Positions 10,801 to 23,649 of a stretch of 64,000 bases of DNA are shown here, in pieces; the first letter of the stretch is position 1; each line of letters starts with the position of its first letter. This DNA comes from Macrostomum lignano (lineage: Eukaryota), in the NCBI GenBank assembly GCA_002269645.1, contig NIVC01000371.1, forward strand, positions 294,459 through 358,458. The letters run 5' to 3'. A program made the position numbers and the translations under genes. The notes beneath the pieces were generated by a model. That model worked only from the letters and a program-made list of their open reading frames with translations. It was not told where the DNA came from and ran no database searches.

Positions 10801-13800
10801 CCATAAATCAGCTTCCCTAATTCCATAAATCAGCTTCCCCTAATCCCATAAATCAGCTTCCCCTAATCCCATAAATCAGCTTCCCTAATCCCATAAATCA
10901 GCTTCCCTAATCCTATAAATCAGTTTCCCTGATTCCATAAATCAGCTTCCCTGATTCCATAAATCAGCTTCCCCTAATCCCATAAATCAGCTTCCCTAAT
11001 TCCATAAATCAGCTTCCCTAATTCTATAAATCAGCTTCCATGATCCATAAATCAGCTTCCCTAATCCTATAAATCAGCTTCCCTGATTCCATAAATCAGC
11101 TTCCCTGATTCCATAAATCAGCTTCTCTAATTCCATAAATCGGCTTCCCTAATTCTATAAATCGGCTTCCATGATCCATAAATCAGCTTCCCTAATCCCA
11201 TAAATCAGCTTCCCTAATTCCTAAATCAGCTTCCCTAATTCCATAAATCAGCTTCCCTAATTCTATAAATCGGCTTCCATGATCCATAAATCAGCTTCCC
11301 TAATCCCATAAATCAGCTTCCCTAATTCCTAAATCAGCTTCCCTAATTCCATAAATCAGCTTCCCTAATTCTATAAATCGGCTTCCATGATCCATAAATC
11401 AGCTTCCCTAATCCCATAAATCAGCTTCCATGATCCATAAATCAGCTTCCCTAATCCCATTAATCAGCTTCCCTGATTCCATAAATCAGCTTCCCTGATC
11501 CCACGCAGGCGCTGACGTGGACCTTGAGGACAAGAACGGGCAGAACCCCCTGGCCGTGGCGGCAGAATTCGGTCACAAAGGCTGCGAGAGGCGGCTGTTC
11601 ATGTTCCGCTGGCAGCAGCGGGCCAAGTCCGCGAAGCCGCAGTTCCTTAATCCGACGCTGAAGGAGTTCCAGCGCTCAGATTCGGCCTATCCGAAGTGGC
11701 GCGTAGGCGAGTCGCTGCAGGTCTACCTGCAGAAGGTGCAGCCGCCCGAGGAGTTCATCGGGACGGCGCTGCACGCGCCGAGACGGAATTGGCACCGGCG
11801 GAGCTCCGCCACGCCGGAAGAGCTGCTGACTCAGCGGACAGCGTCTGGCAGGTGGGATGGAGGGGTATAGAGGGGAGGGTATAGACAGGAGGGTATAGAC
11901 AGGATGGATAGAGCGGAGGGAATGGACAGGACAGGACAGGAACAGGAATGGACAGGAATGGGAGGGTATGGACAGGAGGGTATAGACGGAAGAGTATAGA
12001 CAGGAGGGTATAGACGGAAGAGTATAGACAGGAGGGTATAGACAGGAGGGTATAGACGGGAGGGTATAGATTGAAGGGTATAGAGCGGAGGGAATGGACA
12101 GAAGGGTATAGATGGGAGGGTATAGATTGAAGGGTATAGACAGGATGGATAGAGCGGAGGGAATGGACAGAAGGGTATAGATGGGAGGGTATAGATTGAA
12201 GGGTATAGACAGGGTGGATAGAGCGGAGGGAATGGACTCAAGGGTATAGATGGGAGGGTATAGATTGAAGGGTATAGACAGGGTGGATAGAGCGGAGGGA
12301 ATGGACAGAAGGGTATAGATGGGAGGGTATAGATTGGAGGGTATAGACAGGATGGATAGAGCGGAGGGAATGGACAGAAAGGTATAGATGGGACAGATAG
12401 AGTGGAAGGAATAGATATGAGATTCGAGGGTCGGTAGCAATAGCAAAGAGAGGTAATGGGATAACTATATACCAAAATTTTCAAAATCTAATCTTTTTTC
12501 ACTTGGGCAGCATATCGTCAATGACTCAGCAGTCCGGTACATTAAGTCCCCCCATCCTGCTGCAGGGCGATTTCCTACGAGCAGTGGCAGCAGAAGAAGC
12601 GCAACGAGCGGCGCAAAGTGATTGAAGACGAGCGGCAGGCGCGGGAGCAGGAGGAGGCCAAGCGGAAGAGGTGGGCCATTGGCCGGAGACTGGGCACTTG
12701 GGTCGCTGGTATTAAAATGTCCAAAATATTGCCCAGACCGGATACCCAATGTCCCAGACCGGATACCCAATGTCCCAGATCGGATACCCAATGTCCCAGA
12801 CCGGATACCCAATGTCCCAGACCGGATACCCAATGTCCCAGACCGGATACCCAATGTCCTAGACCGGATACCCAATGTCCTAGACCGGATACCCAATGTC
12901 CCAGACCGGATATCCAATGTCCTAGACCTAGACCGGATACCCAATGTCCTAGACCTAGACCGGATACCTTATGTCCCAGACTGAATATCTAATGTCCCAG
13001 ACCAGATACCCAATTTCCTAGACCGGATACCCAATGTCCCAGACCAGATACCCAATGTCCCAGACCAGATACCCAATGTCCCAGACCGGATATCCAATGT
13101 CCCAGACCAGATACCCAATATCCCAGACCAGATACCCAATGTCCCAGACCAGATACCCAATGTCCCAGACCGGATATCCAATGTCCTAGACCTAGACCGG
13201 ATACCCAATGTCCTAGACCTAGACCGGATACCTTATGTCCCAGACTGAATATCTAATGTCCCAGACCGGATACCCAATGTCCTAGACCTAGACCGGATAC
13301 CCAATGTCCTAGACCTAGACCGGATACCCAATGTCCTAGACCTAGACCGGATACCTTATGTCCCAGACTGAATATCCAATGTCCCAGACCGGATATCCAA
13401 TGTCCAAAATTGAAACCTATGACCAAAATCTCGGACACCCAATGATCAAAATCTCGGATACCCCAATGACCAAAATCTCGGACACCCAATGACCAAAATC
13501 TCGGATACCCCAAAACCCGCTATAGGCAGGAGCTGGACCAGCAGCTCGCCCAGCTGACTCGCCAGGCCTATGCTCAGCACGACGGCTCTGCAGGCGGCCC
13601 TGGCGGCCACGCCTTGCCGCCAATCGCTGGTCACGACGGCCAACAGGCTGACCCGCAGCACCCCGGCCAGCAGCAGCAGCGTCGGTCGGCGTTCCGACAG
13701 CGCCGACTGGATCCTCGGTTGAACGCCTACGAGCAGTGGCTGAAGGATCGGCAGGAGCGGCAGGACTCGCTGCCCGCAGCGGCGCCGCCGCCGCCCTACC

Positions 13801-13871
13801 AGGTGATGATCCAGGAGTTCTGCCGGAGAAAGTGCTCACACGATGAGCACGCGGATGAATTTTCGGATTGA
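7889..13871 (+). CDS. ANKRD60: ANKRD60-like protein (ubiquitin-like domain + ankyrin repeats + C-terminal coiled-coil extension), ~455 aa
   Basis: Exons 7889-8072, 8180-8304, 8715-8880, 9372-9470, 11509-11851, 12566-12670, 13526-13871. Phases are consistent, total 1368 nt, open to TGA. Ubl: TIRDLKGYIELETGIPCELQKLNYLDAG (human [28 protein letters not shown]). Also QRAGVALFIACHRSH (QRAFVALYVASHRGH) and ALGRSPLHVAAAKNNGDIINLLLESGA ([27 protein letters not shown]). Confidence 0.9.
9005..9265. repeat. Intronic minisatellite, ~33-35 bp (GACAGTAGAAAAGATCTCACCCCAGAGACTAGGT)
   Basis: Tandem copies in ANKRD60-like intron 3. Confidence 0.92.
9590..11500. repeat. Intronic minisatellite, ~22 bp (ATAAATCAGCTTCCCTAATCCC)
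   Basis: ~1.9-kb array filling intron 4 up to the acceptor at 11508. Confidence 0.97.
11860..12410. repeat. Purine-rich compound repeat (GGGAGGGTATAGA.. / GAGCGGAGGGAATGGAC)
   Basis: Tandem, higher-order repetition in intron 5. Confidence 0.9.
12730..13512. repeat. Intronic minisatellites: 21 bp (CCCAGACCGGATACCCAATGT, with 27-bp variants) followed by a ~23-bp unit (ATGACCAAAATCTCGGACACCCA)
   Basis: Tandem copies filling intron 6. Confidence 0.93.
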
Positions 13872-14699
13872 TTTTATCGCGATCTGTACTTTTAAATGTT
13901 GCTTTGTACTTTTAAATGTTGCTTTGTACTTTTAAACTACATTAGTACTTTGCTCATGTTACTTGTATTTTTGCCTGTTACATTTGTACTATTAGTACGC
14001 GATTTGTACTTTTAACATGCCTTTTTTACTAAACGATTTTCGTCTTTTAAACATCCGTTTTGTACTTGTACTTTTAAAATGAATTTGTACTTTCAAGAAG
14101 TTATTTGTACTTTTAGCATAGCATGCGTTATTTGAACGTTTTTCAGAAACGAATTTTAATGTTTTTCTTCTATTTTCAAAGCAGTAAAGTGCAGTAAATA
14201 GCCAATTAGATGCGATCCACTTTTTGTTGCCTGTAAAAATGAAATTTAACTTTTAATAGATTAATCTTGTAATTTTGAAACAACAGGCCTTCAAAAATGA
14301 CGATTCTATTCCACAGATTCGTGTACAGGTATTATTTTATAGATTTTTATTAGTTAAAAAATTATAAAATAAGTTCAAAACTCAAAGGCTTACTTTTCGG
14401 TTTTCTTTTGGTATCGCTGTTTTGTATACACGGAACAGAAAAAGTATAAACGGGACCACAAACTAGAGATTGCAATGTGTATGTGTATAAATATATTTAG
14501 TACAGATAATCTTCTTTACTTATCTAGCGAATATCAACATTCGGGTGAGAGCTTTGATAACAAACAGAAACTTAGCTGGCTATATTGCGTGCGCAATAAA
14601 TATTAATGAATTATTAATTAGTATTATAATATTGCCACTGTGCCTGCTGATTCATATGCTGAGCATTGCTAACTGTGTGTGTACTGAGCAGCACTGGTG

Positions 14700-15560
14700 G
14701 TGGGTCAGAGGGCGATTCCTAATGTGGGTCAGAGGGCGATTCCTGATATGGGTCAGAGGGCGATTCTTGATATGGGTCAGAGGGCGATTCTTGATATGGG
14801 TCAGAGGGCGATTCTTGATATGGGTCAGAGGGCGATTCCTGATGTGGGTCAGAGGGCGATTCCTGATATGGGTCAGAGGGCGATTCCTGATATGGGTCAG
14901 AGGGCGATTCCTGATATGGGTCAGAGGGCGATTCTTAATATGGGTCAGAGGGCGATTCTTGATATGGGTCAGAGGGCGATTCTTAATATGGGTCAGAGGG
15001 CGATTCCTGATATGGGTCAGAGGGGGATTCCTGATATGGGTCAGAGGGCGATTCCTGATATGGGTCAGAGGGCGATTGCTGATATGGGTCAGAGGGCGAT
15101 TCCTGATATGGGTCAGAGGGCGATTCTTGATGTGGGTCAGAGGGCGATTCCTGATGTGCGTCAGAGGGCGATTCCTGATGTGGGTCAGAGGGCGATTCTT
15201 GATGTGGGTCAGAGGGCGATTCCTGATATGGATCAGAGGGCGATTCTTGATATGGGTCAGAGGGCGATTGCTGATATGGGTCAGAGGGCGATTGCTGATA
15301 TGGGTCAGAGGGCGATTGCTGATATGGGTCAGAGGGCGATTGCTGATATGGGTCAGAGGGTGATTGCTGATATGGGTCAGAGGGCGATTGCTGATATGGG
15401 TCAGAGGGTGATTGCTGATATGGGTCAGAGGGCGATTGCTGATATGGATCAGAGGGCGATTCTTGATATGGGTCAGAGGGCGATTGCTGATATGGGTCAG
15501 AGGGCGATTCCTGATATGGGTCAGAGGGCGATTGCTGATATGGGTCAGAGGGCGATTCTA
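14700..15560. repeat. 24-bp minisatellite (TGGGTCAGAGGGCGATTCCTGATA)
   Basis: Tandem array. It explains the ORFs at 14545-15626. Confidence 0.97.
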
Positions 15561-16414
15561 AAACTGACACCAGAAAGCCAGTCGTGCGGAGTACATTTTG
15601 AGCTACTGATTATATACTATATGTAAGAATAACTACTATTAGCAGTATAAAAATAAACAGCCATTAATATAAAAGCGTTACAAGTTGTGCAGTGCAGACG
15701 GTAGCGATTGCAAATACAGTATGCAAGTCCGCAGATAACCGGCCTAGGAATGAGGGGGGGGGGCAAGACAAAAGCCAGGCATACCTGAAATTATTAGCTT
15801 GAAAAATAGGTTGGAAAAATAGGATTCTACTACATTATAAACTGGGATCTGAGCAAATGATCTACAAAACACGCTAAAGATAGCTACAAGTGTGAAAAAG
15901 TATTTATATAGCACTAAAGTGATACGCTGACTACACTACTAGTTGCAGTACTAATAAACGGACAAGAAATGATCCAAGCTTATAAGCTTTAAATTAGCCA
16001 GCAGAGCAATAAAGTGAAGGATAATAGCAGAGCAGCTCTCACATCAATCAGAAAAAACCTGTAAGCTATCTTTCTCCGTAAATTCAAGCCAGATTCGTAA
16101 GGTAGAAAAATAGTTCAATAAAATCCGTTGATAATTTTTACCAAGAAAAATAATGATTTTCCAAATCTCCGATGGATCTACCGTAACAGTTTAATCAATA
16201 AACATTGATAAAACATATTTTGTTGTTTACAAATGCAAAAAAAACTTTGCGATATTTTACGGGCGTATAAAACTGAAACTCACTGGTGCTTACTAATATC
16301 AGTAGTGAGATAGTGCATGCAATACGAGAAATTCAACAGTACAACAAGTCTACAAAATTAGAGAGACAAAAAATTTGCTTTAATAATGCGACAACGCAAG
16401 TTTTATAGCAACGG

Positions 16415-16960
16415 TTGCTATGGTTACTGCTGGTTTCCGGAATCAGTTGCTATGCGACTTCTACGAGCTTAGGTTCTACGTACCTGGTTGCTATGCAATG
16501 TTCAGTTTGTATGCTCCTGGTTTGTATGAAACTTTTAGTGTCTATGCAAGTTGTTGCCATGCAAAATTTAGTTCCCATGAATTTCGTTGCTATGCGACCT
16601 TTAGTTCTTTTGCTCCTGGTTACTATGGTATTTTTAGTGTCTATGCAACTGGTTGCTATGCGACCTTTAGTTCTTATGCTCCTGGTTACTATGGTATTTT
16701 TAGTGTCTATGCAACTGGTTGCTATGCGACGATTGGTTTCTACTCATCTGGTTGCTATGCGACGATTGGATTTTACTCATCTGGTTGCTATGCGACTATT
16801 GGTTTCTACTCATCTGGTTGCTATGCGACTATTGGTTTCTACTCATCTGGTTGCTATGCGACGATTGGTTTCTACGCATCTGGTTGCTATGCGACGATTG
16901 GTTTCTACGCATCTGGTTGCTATGCGACTATTGGTTTCTACTCATCTGGTTGCTATGCGA
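16415..16960. repeat. Degenerate-to-regular 33-bp repeat (CTGGTTGCTATGCGACTATTGGTTTCTACTCAT)
   Basis: Regular units from ~16700, with related longer units upstream. Confidence 0.88.
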
Positions 16961-17599
16961 CTTGGCTAAAGTTTTATACACTACTTACAAAGGAGACAGA
17001 AGTTTTTTAAGCAGAGAAAAAAGGACCTACCAAAACCCAAAATCAATCCATACTACTTAGCAGTACCCAAAAAAGAGACAATTTCAGAAAAAGAACAAAA
17101 ATTGAATCAAACACTGAAAGCGGCTTTAGAGCGGCCGCCAGAAAAAATATGGAATATTCGAGCGTATAAGACCACAAACAGTCAAAGTAACGCACAAGTC
17201 CAAGTAAAAATTATGCGATAATTTTGATTGAGAGAAAAATAATATACATATAAACACTAAGCTATTATTATGCTTTGATAAGGGGCGGGAAAAAAGAGGA
17301 AATTACGAGGCTGGGGCAAACTCAAAATTTCTTGAGCAGAGAAGAGCGACGATATTGGGATTTAAACAAATTTCAATACTTAACTTACAATGTATATGTG
17401 TATATATATAAATATAGTAATGAGGATTCATAAAAACTGATAATTTAGTACACGTTTCCTCACACGACCGGATACACTGTTTAACAGACGATGAACTGGA
17501 GCGCACTTACACCTGAGATGGACCCTAATGGGTAAAACAGTGAGAACTTATGAATATTAAGACTACAGCATATCATTTAACATAAGAGCTTTCAAGTCG

Positions 17600-18445
17600 A
17601 AACCTAAGCTCATGTCTCACACCTGAACCTAAGTTCATGTCTCACACCTGAACCTAAGCTCATGTCTCACACCTGAACCTAAGCTCATGTCTCACACCTG
17701 AACCTAAGCTCACGTCTCACACCTGGACCTAAGCTCATGTCTCACACCTGAACCTAAGCTCATGTCTCACACCTGAACCTAAGCTCATGTCTCATACCTG
17801 AACCTAAGCTCATGTCTCATACCTGAACCTAAGCTCATGTCTCACACCTGAACCTAAGCTCACGTCTCACACCCTGAAGCTAAGCTCAAATCTCACACCT
17901 GAAGCTAGCCTCAAATCTCACACCTGAAGCTAGCCTCAAATCTCACACCTGAAGCTAGCCTCTCACACCTGAAGCTAGACTAAAATATCACACCTGAAGC
18001 TAGGCTAAAATATCACACCTGAAGCTAGACTGAAATATCACACCTGAAGCTAGCCTCAAATCTCACACCTGAAGCTAGCCTCAAATCTCACACCTGAAGC
18101 TAGCCTCAAATCTCACACCTGAAGCTAGCCTCAAATCTCACACCTGAAGCTAGCCTCAAATCTCACACCTGAAGCTAGCCTCAAATCTCACACCTGAAGC
18201 TAGCCTCAAATCTCACACCTGAAGCTAGCCTCAAATCTCACACCTGAAGCTAGCCTCAAATCTCACACCTGAAGCTAGCCTCTCACACCTGAAGCTAGAC
18301 TAAAATATCACACCTGAAGCTAGGCTAAAATATCACACCTGAAGCTAGACTGAAATATCACACCTGAAGCTAGCCTCAAATCTCACACCTGAAGCTAGCC
18401 TAAAATCTCACACCTGAAGCTAGCCTTGAATCTCACACCTGAAGC
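17600..18445. repeat. 25-bp minisatellite with two sub-arrays (..TCTCACACCTGAACCTAAGC.. / ..TCTCACACCTGAAGCTAGCC..)
   Basis: Tandem repetition. Confidence 0.95.
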
Positions 18446-18514
18446 GTATCAGATCCAGACCCAAGCCGCCCAAAAGTGAAACAATCACAATGCTCACAGG
18501 CCAGCCAGCCCTTC

Positions 18515-21500
18515 TCAGTCTTGAGTCGGGTCGGCAAATTCCCACAGCTCAATGTCGCGCACAAGAAAATCCTCTTTCGGGCCGCACAGTACCGGACTAT
18601 TGAAGGTGTCGCATCGCTGCGATCGGCCTCTGAATAAGCCGGAGTCCAGCCAGATTGCGCAGCGGCCGCGGCAGCTGCCAACCGTGAAAGCGTCAGTAGC
18701 CCCGCGCATAAAGTACGTGTTCTCCCCGGTCCAGCAGTACTGATAGAAGTCGCTATCTTCTTCTTCCTCATCTTCATCTTCGTCCTCGCTGTTGTCCTCG
18801 TCGTTCTCCTTGTTGTCGTTGTTGTTGCCAGCCAAGTCTTGGCTTGAGTCGTCGGCGCTTCTGTCTCCGCCGGCTTCAACGTTGAACTGGCAGGCGCCGC
18901 TGCCGCCGCTGCCGCCGCTGCCGCTGCTGGGGTCGCGAATCTGTTTGACAGGCCGCTCCCAGCGGAACACGAATGTCTCCCCGGTGCCATAGTAGTGCTC
19001 TGATTGGCGCATCACTCCGCTGAGGAATGCGCCGAACAGGTGAGCGTCAGTGTCCAGCACAAGCAGCAGGCAGAAGGAGTCTGGCGCGGCTGCGTTCTCG
19101 GCGCAGGCCCGATAGGCGCTTTTCAAGCTGAACCCGTGCCTGCCAGCCGAGTACAGCAGGCTCAGGTTGAGTCCCTCGGCTCTGGGCGGCAGCACCTTTA
19201 CTAGGTGGCGAAGTCGCCGGTTAGTCAGCAGGCGGGAGCGGCCGTGGACGAGGCGGGGCAGCGGCAGATCCTCCCGGCCGGGCAAAATCAAGGAGGTCTG
19301 GTCGGCGCAGATCAACTGCCAGCTGCCCGCTACATTGCCGCTGCCGGCGGCGCCGCCTTCCATAAAATAATAGTCGTCTGGCTGACCGGACCTTGACGGC
19401 AGCGGCTGGGACTGGAACACAATGGCGGTGCTACTTTCAATAGTATTAGCACATAATGTCCCTGACAGTAAGCCTGAACTGAGCCTGACGCTAAAAATAA
19501 ACTGTGCCTGAAACTAAGAATGAACTATGCCTAAAAACAGAGCCTAAACTGTGCCTGAAACAGAGCCTAAACTGTGCCTAAAAACAGAGCCTAAACTGTG
19601 CCTGAAACAGAGCCTAAACTGTGCCTGAAACAGAGCCTAAACTGTGCCTGAAACAGAGCCTAAACTGTGCCTGAAACAAAGCCTAAACTGTGCCTGAAAC
19701 AGAGCCTAAACTGTGCCTAAAAACAGAGCCTAAACTGTGCCTGAAACAGAGCCTAAACTGTGCCTGAAACTAAGAATGAACTGTGCTTGAAACTAAGAAT
19801 GAACTGTGCCTGAAACTAAGAATGAACTGTGCCTGAAACTAAGAATGAACTGTGCCTGAAACTAAGAGTGAACTGTGCCTGAAACTAAGAATGAACTGTG
19901 CCTGAAACACCTGAAACCAAGCCCGAACCTCACCTGAAACCAAGCCCGAATCTCATCTGAAACCAAGCCCGAATCTCATCTGAAACCAAGCCCGAATTTC
20001 ATCTGAAAACAAGCCTGAACCAAGCCTAAACTAAGCCTAAACCAAGCCTAAACTAAGCCTAAACCAAGCCTAAACTAAGCCTAAACCAAGCCTAAACTAA
20101 GCCTAAACCAAGCCTAAACTAAGCCTAAACCAAGCCTAAACTAAGCCTAAACCAAGCCTAAACTAAGCCTAAACCAAGCCTAAACTAAGCCTAAACCAAG
20201 CCTAAACTAAGCCTGAACTAAACCTGAACTAAGCCTGAACCAAGCCTGAACTAAGCCTGAACTAAACCTGAACTAAGCCTAAACCAAGCCTAAACTAAGC
20301 CTGAACTAAACCTGAACTAAGCCTGAACCAAGCCTGAACTAAGCCTGAACTAAGCCTGAACCAAGCCTAAACCAAGCCTGAACTAAGCCTGAACTAAACC
20401 TGAACTAAGCCTGAACCAAGCCTGAACTAAGCCTGAACTAAACCTGAACCAAGCCTAAACCAAGCCTGAACTAAACCTGAACCAAGCCTGAACTAAGCCT
20501 GAACTAAGCCTAAACTAAGCCTGAACTAAGCCTGAACTAAGCCTGAACTAAGCCTGAACTAAGCCTGAACTAAGCCTGAACTAAGCCTGAACTGAGCCTG
20601 AACTGTGCCTGAGACAAAGCAGAATTTGCTGCTCACCTGATCTGTGCCTCCGCTTCCACCGGCGCCGCCAGCGGCAGCGGCGCCGCCAGCGGTAGCGGCA
20701 GCGGCAGCGGCGCCGCAGCGCCTCAAAAACACGTACAACATATCAGCGTCGCGCTTATCCACGGAGAACCAGAGCTCGTCCTGGCGGCTGGCGCTGATTG
20801 GGCCGCGTTTGCCGCGCCGGCTGCCGCTCCTGGCGGGGCCGCCCATAGCCCGCGGCTTCAACGAGACGCAGAGATACAACGGCCGGTCCTCGAACTGGGT
20901 GCACGTGTGCGGATGCAGACGCTCTGCGGCTAGCTGGGCGGGCGGCTGAGACAAGTCGGTGACCTGGCGTAGATCGTGCCGCTGAGTGGAAAACAGGCCG
21001 CAGGACAGGTCCACCATGAGCTGCTGGGGCAGCTGGCTGAAGCTGCTGGCTGAACCAAGACTGTTCGGGGTCACGGAAGCGGCCTCGGCGCCAGCCAGCG
21101 CGTATTCGCTGACTCCGCCTGCGACTGCGGCTGCTAGCCGCTCCTCCCGGCGCAGCGCCATCAGTTCTGGAGTGTTGTAGGCGTTCAACGACATCACGTG
21201 ACCAAGCGGATGGGCCACGCTGTACATATCTGGGCCGCGCTCGATAACCAATGGGTCGGAGACGTTGGGATCGAACAGGATGGTGTTGGGCGTCACCAGC
21301 AGGGTGCCGGAGACCACGCCGTCGCCGTGGGTCATCAGACGAACTTTGGCTTTGATAAATTTGCGCTCGTGAGGGTCCTCCGGCGGCGGCTTCGGCGGCT
21401 CAACGGCGGCTGGGACGGCCGCTGCTGCAGCTGCGGGCGTCGAGCCGATGGCGTCGTCCTCGCCGTTTGTGGACGTCGAGCTGAAGTTGGACGACTCCGA

Positions 21501-23372
21501 CTGGGACTTGCTCAGCGACTGGCAGCCACCGCCTTCAGCTGTTGCGCCAGCTGCAGTCGGCGAAGGCGGCGGCGGAGCGTCGGGATCGGGCACGATGAGG
21601 CGCATGCCCGGGAACACAATCCGATTGCTGCGCCTGTTTAGCAGGCAGAGCTCCGACGGTGTGCTGTTGAACCGGGCGGCTATGCTGTTCAGGGTGTCCC
21701 TGTCGCGTACCTGAGATACGGAGAGAACCGGGGTGTCTCGTTTAGCATCAGAATGTCGTAGTGATACTCTCGTAATGACGAGAGTAGCGTTCAAAGTAGG
21801 GGTAAAAACACGGATTTGGAGGGTCAGCAGACACGAGTGGAAGTGGCGAGCCAAAGAGACCGGATGTAGAGGGTCAGCAGACACGAGTGGAAGTAACGAG
21901 CTGAAGAACCCGGATGTAGAGGGGTCAGCAGACACGAGTGGGTGTGGCGAGCCAAAGAGACCGGATGTAGAGGTTTAGCAGACACGAGTGGAAGTGGCGA
22001 CCTGAAGAACCCGGATGTAGAGGGGTCAGCAGACACGAGTGGAAGTAACGAGCTGAAGAACCCGGATGTAGAGGGGTCAGCAGACACGAGTGGGTGTGGG
22101 GACCTGAAGAACCCGGATGCACTTCTGGATGCAGCAAAATTTCTGCTTTCAGAAGAATTTCATACCATGCACCTAAATACGCAGCTAATTATAAAAGAAA
22201 TTTAGAAGCTTCCAGGTATTTCTTACTATCATATGAATATGGGAGCGAATCGCAAACCTTTGATCATCAAATTTCCTTCATCAAATATGCCTTCGGGCTC
22301 ATAATCCGGGCCTCTTAAAAAAAGCGAGACAGTCGGCTAAAGAGGGTGGAAATCTCGGTGGAAATCAGCCGGCCTGGCGCGAGATTGCAGAAAAAAACTA
22401 AAAAACTAAAAATCTTAGTTTTCACATCGACTGGGCTTGCCCGGCCGGGCCAACTGCTTCCCTCATCGCCCTCCTTTTATTCCCACGCCGCAGTCTCCTC
22501 CTCTACCCCTCCCTCCCTCGACCACTTTCAAGGAAATGAATTTCCATAATAATGAGTTTTTGCATTCTCAATAACCCCGAAGCCCCCCCCTGGGCTCTTC
22601 ACAAATTTCTTCAATTCAGCAGCCTTGAAGGCCCCAAAATTCGACGGCTAGTAGTCACGGGGCGCAGGGAATGCGTGCGAGAGAGATTACTCTAGCGAAT
22701 GAGAATGTCGCATAAATCACAAATGGGAGGCAATTATCAGGATTAGCGGCTTGGCCTGGCAGACGAGAGTCGAGCTATGCAATAGAATAGAAAGGAACGC
22801 AGGTGATACTTGTAAACACTTAACTTAGTTATTAATAACCGTGAATAATCGGTAAGGCTAATCTCATGAAATATTATTTAACTGAATAAAAGTTAATACA
22901 AATTATATATTTTAAACTAATGTTTCAATACTAGATTGATGCAAATTTTATGGCAGTGAATACACCTGATCAACTGACACCTTTGTGCTCAAACTGACAC
23001 CCCTTTATGGTCAAACTGACACCTTCTCACAATCAAACTGACACCCTCTCACGATTAAACTGACACCCTCTCACGATCAAACTAATATCTTCTCATGGTC
23101 AACCTGATACCTCACGGTCAGACAGTGTGTCACAGCCAGTCCCACAGGCAAGTAAGCGAGGACACTACAAGGACATCCAGTAAAAAACAAGGCTTGGCTC
23201 CAGTAAAACAAAGAGTGCTCACAGTGTACTCAATGGTAGCCTTTTCGGAGGCTGAACCGGTCGACCCGGTAGATTCCTTCGGCGGCTTCATTCGCTTGCG
23301 TCGCTTTCGCTTCTTCTTCTTCTGGGCCAGGCGCTCACTGATGGACTCTGCGGACCGCGCGGGAACACAACT
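18515..23372 (-). CDS. OXR1: OXR1/NCOA7 (mustard)-like protein: LysM + GRAM-like + TLDc; 5' end uncertain
   Basis: Exons (minus) ~23372-23223, 21710-20637, 19411-18515, all phase 0. KATIEYT|VRDRDTLNSIAARFNSTPSELCLLN matches the OXR1 LysM (KGTIEYTVESRDSLNSIALKFDTTPNELVQLN). GRAM-like GDGVVSGTLLVTPNTILFDPNVSDPLVIERG. TLDc LLYSAGRHGFSLKSAY..LDTDAHLFGAFLS..YYGTGETFVF..AIWLDSGLFRGRSQRCDTFNSPVL..EDFLVRDIELWEF. The start is either in an unseen upstream exon or the in-frame ATG at 23291. Confidence 0.9.
19480..20612. repeat. Intronic 23-bp (CTGTGCCTGAAACAGAGCCTAAA) and 11-bp (CTAAGCCTGAA) arrays
   Basis: They fill the OXR1-like intron between 19411 and 20637. Confidence 0.95.
21800..22120. repeat. 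~50-bp tandem repeat (GGTCAGCAGACACGAGTGG..GAAGAACCCGGATGTAGA)
   Basis: About six copies, intronic. Confidence 0.9.
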
Positions 23373-23649
23373 CTGGGTTGCTATGCGGGTTTATTGCATA
23401 TAATACTATATATGGTTAATGGCTACTAAAATAATAAAATAACAGCAACTAGGCGCCAAAGGAAAAGCACAGATTATTTCGCAAGAATTGAGATTCCGGC
23501 GGTCAGTAAGGCGCAATAAAATTGGATCGAATAGGTAAATTTTGGGTAAGCCTGGATTAGCCTGGAAGTGCTGGATTACGCAAAATTAGACAGACTTTAA
23601 TATAATATTCTAAGGTCAAGCATATCAGGTCAATATTCGATATCTAACT

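Noticed and set aside
14545-15626. Long ORFs (272-309 aa) on both strands
   Set aside because: They are the translation of a stop-poor 24-bp tandem unit, open in several frames at once, with no unique coding sequence.
16415-17060. Gly/Tyr/Cys-rich ORF (GCYATIGFYSS repeats) resembling a structural protein
   Set aside because: All three plus frames are open over the 33-bp repeat, and there is no signal peptide or splice support.
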